DNA of 64,000 nucleotides, taken from Eledone cirrhosa. Its lineage: Eukaryota. A program made the translations under genes and the position numbers. The notes under the pieces were generated by a model. The model had not been told where the DNA came from and made no database searches. It saw nothing but the letters and a program-made list of their open reading frames with translations. Of this stretch, positions 57,502 through 64,000 are shown piece after piece (position 1 is the stretch's first letter; every line of letters starts with the position of its first letter). The stretch lies in NCBI GenBank assembly GCA_964016885.1, contig OZ024754.1, positions 8,246,001 to 8,310,000 on the forward strand, in the 5' to 3' direction.

Positions 57502-58320
57502 TTCTTCTGGTTTTATAATTTCACAAAGTGTTACCAATAGAGAGAGAGTCGGTTTCTAACATAGACTCAAGACTCTCTCATTGGAATTTACATAACATCA
57601 ACTAGGTTTAATATGTATGCGTGCATGTGTAGATATGGATGTTATTGTATGTGTGGATGTGGATATTTTCAGTTGTATGTGTGCATGTGTATATGCTTTG
57701 TATCTGCACATGTGTATATGCAGTTATTAGATGCAAAATTTTTGGAATGTTTTACATATTTTTACTGTTCCATTAATGGATTGTACTTGTAATTTCCTAA
57801 CTAGTTGTGTTCTTTCTGTTCCTGTGAAGCCTAGATTCTCAAGATTTGTATTGGGGCAGTTACTAACATACCTCAGTGCCCCAATAATCACAGCCATAAA
57901 TCTGAAGGTGTAATCAGGGTGGAGTATCTGCAGATTTCTCATCAGTTCTGCATAAATATTCTCCTTTTCACTAATCTTTGATATTATATTGGCATCTGCT
58001 GGGCAGCTAATTTCCACTACTGTGCATGCTTTCTTCTCCCTGTCCCATATCATAACATCTGGTCTGTTATGCCTGCATTTTATTGGGGTTTTTACAGGAA
58101 CATTCCACCAGTACTCTTTCATATTATGTACATGGATGTCTTCCACATTGCTGTAGCTTTTAATGTGTTTATTATCGGGGCTATCTTTTTTACGAACTGC
58201 ATTGTACAGTGTTTTGGCCACTACATCATGCCTCATAGGTAGATAGTACCGCGATGACATCTTCGGACAGCTGCTGATGACATGGGTGATATCCTCGATG
58301 TTAGTTCTGCAGAGTCTATA
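57502..58320 (-). mobile_element. 5'-truncated RLE-type non-LTR retrotransposon (R4/Dong-like)
   Basis: Open RLE ORF end plus ~225-bp 3' UTR, embedded in (CATA)n at both ends. Confidence 0.85.
57727..58320 (-). CDS. C-terminal zinc knuckle and restriction-like endonuclease domain of a non-LTR retrotransposon ORF (partial)
   Basis: Frame is open upstream of the called Met: RLCRTNIEDITHVISSCPK-MSSRYYLPMRHD...HNRPD...VVEISCP...KISEKENIY...IIGAL; CCHC, RHD, PD..E and K..Y motifs. Confidence 0.9.
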   Translation of the reverse strand, partial: YRLCRTNIEDITHVISSCPKMSSRYYLPMRHDVVAKTLYNAVRKKDSPDNKHIKSYSNVEDIHVHNMKEYWWNVPVKTPIKCRHNRPDVMIWDREKKACTVVEISCPADANIISKISEKENIYAELMRNLQILHPDYTFRFMAVIIGALRYVSNCPNTNLENLGFTGTERTQLVRKLQVQSINGTVKICKTFQKFCI

Positions 58321-58341
58321 TGTATGTGTGTATGTATGTAT

Positions 58342-58813
58342 GTACTGGGTTACGTGTTACCAGTAGCACTCGAGAGCGATTAAACCGGCAACCTTGGTGA
58401 GGAGAGTGGTATCTGGATACCCTGCGGGATGAAATACAAGACCCGGCAAAGGACGGAGGAACTCAGCAGAGCCAACGGCCACCCAAATAGTACCTTTTTT
58501 TTACCTGGAAGTGAAAGGCCCCCAGTTGTTGTCACAACACCTTTCTAAGAGAGGGAAACTCTGAAAAAAACCTGCAGCTTCGGAAGCATCCGATGATGTT
58601 GACCAGTTCTCCTTTTCTGGTAGTGTTTTCGAGGCTCAGAGAGTGGGATTGGTCGAGTGTAAGGCCTTTCCCCACTTATAAAACATTCAAAGCACAGGCA
58701 TTGTTTGTTCAGGATCTGTTACAGATTCGTGTGGCTGGCCGTAGCCTAAAAGTGCACCAAACTATATAGTCTGATAAGTGATTGCAATACTCCTAGTAGA
58801 GTTTGCAGCTACC
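58342..58813 (+). mobile_element. Diverged sister family of the bipartite RTE-derived element, with short 5' inversion
   Basis: Colinear blocks (GGAAACTCTGA, GATGATGTTGAC, GAGAGTGGGA, GCACAGGCATTG, TGCAGCTACC); 58342-58369 inverted. Confidence 0.75.
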
Positions 58814-59084
58814 ATGTATGTATGTATGTATGTATGTATGTATGTATGTATGTATGTATGTATGTATGTATGTATGTATGTATGTTCGTATGATGTATGT
58901 ATATATGTATGTACGCATGATGTATGTATGTAAGTGCATTAAGATATATGTTACTACATAAATACAAACAACAAGTATTAAATGGAGAAAAATATGCAAT
59001 ACATTTGTGGAACGAAATATTTATTATAAGAATGTTAACAGTCCCAGGAACGGCTGGTTTACTTACCCAAAGTGTCATAATACG

Positions 59085-59990
<906 letters not shown>

Positions 59991-60322
59991 CTAAACCACA
60001 TTCTATCTCGTCTGTTTTGTCTGCATCTGAAAGTGTATTTATTCAGTGAATTTTCGTTGCTTTATTTACGAGTCATCCTCACGTTAAACCATTTGCTTAT
60101 TTGTACGCGCGCCATTTTAGAATTTATTTGGGAATCAGATTCTTGTAAACAGGTCGCTCGTATAGGAGGACTGTTTGACAGAGCTTATATAAACCTTTAG
60201 CAAGTAAAACAAATACTCATACGTAAGGAAATTGCATAGATGAAAGAGTATATATACATATATATATATACATTAATACATATACTCACACAGTCATACA
60301 TACACTTACACATGTAGCTAGC

Positions 60323-60323
<1 letters not shown>

Positions 60324-60419
<96 letters not shown>
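60324..60419. repeat. (GATA)n microsatellite
   Basis: Direct inspection. Confidence 0.97.
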
Positions 60420-62149
60420 CCATTAATATTTTTCTGCTAATTTTGAAATATTTTTTAAATGGAGGCATTGAATGGGTCTCCTTCAGTTTCGACGATGAGT
60501 GTTCTAATTCAATGGAACGACTTGCTCCTGAAGTTAACGTTCGTGTAGATCAGTGTTCTATAGATACGCCTACCCATACGTAATTTGTGTGTCTGCCTGT
60601 CTGCCTGTCTGCCTGTCTGCCTGTCTGTCTGTGTGTGTATGTATGTATGTATTAAGAGAAGCCTGGTCCTTTGGATTACTAGTACAATATATTTCATCTG
60701 ACTGGACTGTGTCAATGTGAAATAAAATATCCTGCTCAAGGATACACCGGAAAATAATGTGTCCTGCTCAAAGACTCCACGAGCGCTATCCGGTCTAGGA
60801 ATCGAGTTCACAATTATAAGATCCTCAACTGAACACCCTGACCGTTAAGTCGCGTGCCTTAACGATACAATGTTAAACATATCTAAAAATTCCAATAAAA
60901 CAAAGTATCTGTGCATGATTCAAACACAAACAAATGACGCAGGTGTTCTCAGCATGAGAAAAGCCAATAGAGTTCTTTGAAAAGAACAATAAGGTTGGCA
61001 ATATTTGTATTCTGCATATTTTTAAAATAAGATGAATGGAAAAAACATAAAGACAAATTTATTATCTTTCCTTCAGCATTTACAATTTGCTATTGCATAA
61101 AGTCAATAGCCCAGAAATATGATGTGATAATAGAAAAATTCAATAATATAAAAAAAGTATTATAATAATGCATTTTTCCTTGGAGTATAAGACAAAAGAT
61201 TTAAAAGAGTGACCAGCATTTATAATGAGGATTTGTGTTTTTAAAAATAAATTTTCTTTATAAGAATTGCATAAAGCAGAATTAATTTAGCAAGTGAAAT
61301 AAAATAAAATATATTTTTTTATGTAAAATGATGAAATTATGAACATAAAAATAAAACGTTCTAAAATACTTGAGCATTATAAAATGTTTAGATGCTGTTC
61401 TATGAAAAAATTGTTAGTTTTATTCAATCAATTTTCTCAATAATTTTATTTCAAACTTGAATGATGTTCAAGAGTATAAAAGATTTCCCACGCTAGTCAT
61501 GATAGATTTTATGATAAAAATGTCAATGTAATCATTTAGAGTGACAATATTTCCCATATAATGCAGACTGGTGAAGCATACGTGACACTGCCTTCGTCTC
61601 TCCCGTTCTCCCCATCTCTCACTATTATGAGCAAATGGAGGCCGCCGCGCGCTGGTCGCCCGGAGGCCCCGGTGGTCAGAATAGAGAAGAATGGTGAGAG
61701 AGACGCACTGAAAGAGCCATTTCAGCTCGTTGGATTTAGCCAGGATTTAAACTAAAGAACTAAATATATAGTTTATGGTAGCCCAGTGTAAACTGGGGGA
61801 GGAGAGAGAGAGTGTGTGTGTGTGTTTGTAGATGTGTTTATTATTTAGAAGCTTGTATGTGTAAAGCGCCTTTGGTATAAACCGAAACGGCGGTTTAAGG
61901 ATTATGTAAAAATCCTTGTAAAAAGATGTTGAGAAAAAAGTCTCCACTCTATGCTATTAATGTTCCTCAAAGGAAAAGAAAAAGCCGATACAGCTAGACA
62001 CCAGTAGTGATGTCACAAATGAACTCAGAAATCAAACGTCGGATGCGCTAACAATTTGACCAACCAAGCCCTGGACTGGTACTTTATTTATCCAAGGATG
62101 GAAAAAAGCAAAATTGATCCCTGCTTGTTATAATCTCACAGCACAGGGA

Positions 62150-63260
62150 CAGACCTGCCAACCTCTAAAAACCCCAAACGGGGAGTACCACGAAAAAAGG
62201 TGCCGCAAATCGGGGAGATTTTACATAATGAAAGCTATACCCATTTTCACAAGAGAAGACATCTGTCACCCACCCAAAAGTGGGTGGGAGATCTCCCTGT
62301 TGATTTTACATAATGAAAGCTATACCCATTTTCACAAGAGAAGACATCTGTCACCCACCCAAAAGTGGGTGGGAGATCTCTCTGTTGATTTTACATAATG
62401 AAAGCTATGCCCATTTTCACAAGAGAAGACATCTGTCACCCACCCAAAAGTGGGTGGGAGATCTCTCTGTTGATTTTACATAATGAAAGCTATACCCATT
62501 TTCACAAGAGAAGACATCTGTCACCCACCCAAAAGTGGGTGGGAGATCTCTCTGTTGATTTTACATAATGAAAGCTATGCCCATTTTCACAAGAGAAGAC
62601 ATCTGTCACCCACCCAAAAGTGGGTGGGAGATCTCTCTGTTGATTTTACATAATGAAAGCTATACCCATTTTCACAAGAGAAGACATCTGTCACCCACCC
62701 AAAAGTGGGTGGGTGATCTCCCTGTTGATTTTACATAATGAAAGCTATACCCATTTTCACAAGAGAAGACATCTGTCACCCACCCAAAAGTGGGTGGGAG
62801 ATCTCTCTGTTGATTTTACATAATGAAAGCTATGCCCATTTTCACAAGAGAAGACATCTGTCACCCACCCAAAAGTGGGTGGGAGATCTCCCTGTTGATT
62901 TTACATAATGAAAGCTATACCCATTTTCACAAGAGAAGACATCTGTCACCCACCCAAAAGTGGGTGGGAGATCTCCCTGTTGATTTTACATAATGAAAGC
63001 TATACCCATTTTCACAAGAGAAGACATCTGTCACCCACCCAAAAGTGGGTGGGAGATCTCTCTGTTGATTTTACATAATGAAAGCTATGCCCATTTTCAC
63101 AAGAGAAGACATCTGTCACCCACCCAAAAGTGGGTGGGAGATCTCTCTGTTGATTTTACATAATGAAAGCTATACCCATTTTCACAAGAGAAGACATCTG
63201 TCACCCACCCAAAAGTGGGTGGGAGATCTCCCGGCCGGACGGGGAGGGTTGACAGGTCTG
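62150..63260 (+). mobile_element. MITE family C with an internal 85-bp x12 tandem array
   Basis: TIRs CAGACCTGCCAACC/GGTTGACAGGTCTG; flanks CAGGGA/CAGAGA; array 62217-63231. Confidence 0.9.
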
Positions 63261-63883
63261 CAGAGAACCGGAACCAATAACGCAAAATACATTTATTTCG
63301 ACGCTCTAACCACTCGGGCAGTAAGCGTGATTACTGTATCACGATATACTTTAAGAATATACATTTATATAGTCGTGTTAGTAGAGAGAGTAAGAAGGTT
63401 AGAGACGGGGAGAAGAAAGGTGGGGGAGGGGGACAGAGATAAAGTTAAAGAGAGACTAATGCAAATGTTATCTGTCTTCATTATTTTATAATTAAATTAT
63501 TTTATAATTACATTCATTATTGTAATTACACTTACTTTAACATCAAATTACGTCTTATCCAGAATAACTATTTAATATCTTGTGTCAATTTAAGAAATCA
63601 TTGTTTAATTATCAATGTTGTCATCTCAGCATGTATTTATCATGTATTTATTGCTTAGCAAATGATAAGCTAGCGATTTTACAACTTCTTATTTATATTA
63701 CAAGAGAAGATACATACATAAGTGTGTGTCCGTGAAACATTCCTGTACATATACATACATATACATATACATACATGTACATATACATACATATACATAT
63801 ACTCCAGGTTCGAACACAAAGAAACCAAACTCCCACTGTCACTGCCTCAGTCTCTCCAGCTCTTCCCATCTCTCATTATTTTG

Positions 63884-63995
63884 GTCTGAGTTCAAAACCC
63901 GCCGAAGTAGACTTTGCCTTTCAACCTTACGGGGTCGATAAAATAAAGTACCAGTAATGCACTGGGGTAATGTGCCAAAAGTAGAAACAATTATT
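63884..63995 (+). mobile_element. SINE family A, 3' part
   Basis: B box, core and 3' end. Confidence 0.8.
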
Positions 63996-64000
63996 ATTGG

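Noticed and set aside
62217-63231. CRISPR-like regular array
   Set aside because: Units are contiguous and near-identical with no unique spacers, there are no cas genes, and the context is a eukaryotic MITE

Overview
AT-rich, repeat-saturated animal genomic DNA with no recognisable host protein-coding gene; the long ORFs in the track are microsatellite artefacts. The two dominant tRNA-derived SINE families resemble those of octopod cephalopods (recalled from memory, not a database result). The window holds an ~11 kb complex (TA/TACA) microsatellite, SINEs, hAT/piggyBac/Tc1-type MITEs, RTE-clade LINE fragments, a non-autonomous bipartite RTE derivative (6 copies) and a 5'-truncated R4/Dong-like RLE retrotransposon. 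The most striking signal is a set of about ten sequence-unrelated short elements sitting in (TA)n tracts, each folding by eye into a type I hammerhead ribozyme (Penelope-like/retrozyme style). Several are arranged as back-to-back inverted pairs, two unrelated ones carry the U3-A8 compensatory core variant, and one partial tandem starts within 1 nt of its predicted self-cleavage site. All folds were done manually and none is experimentally validated.
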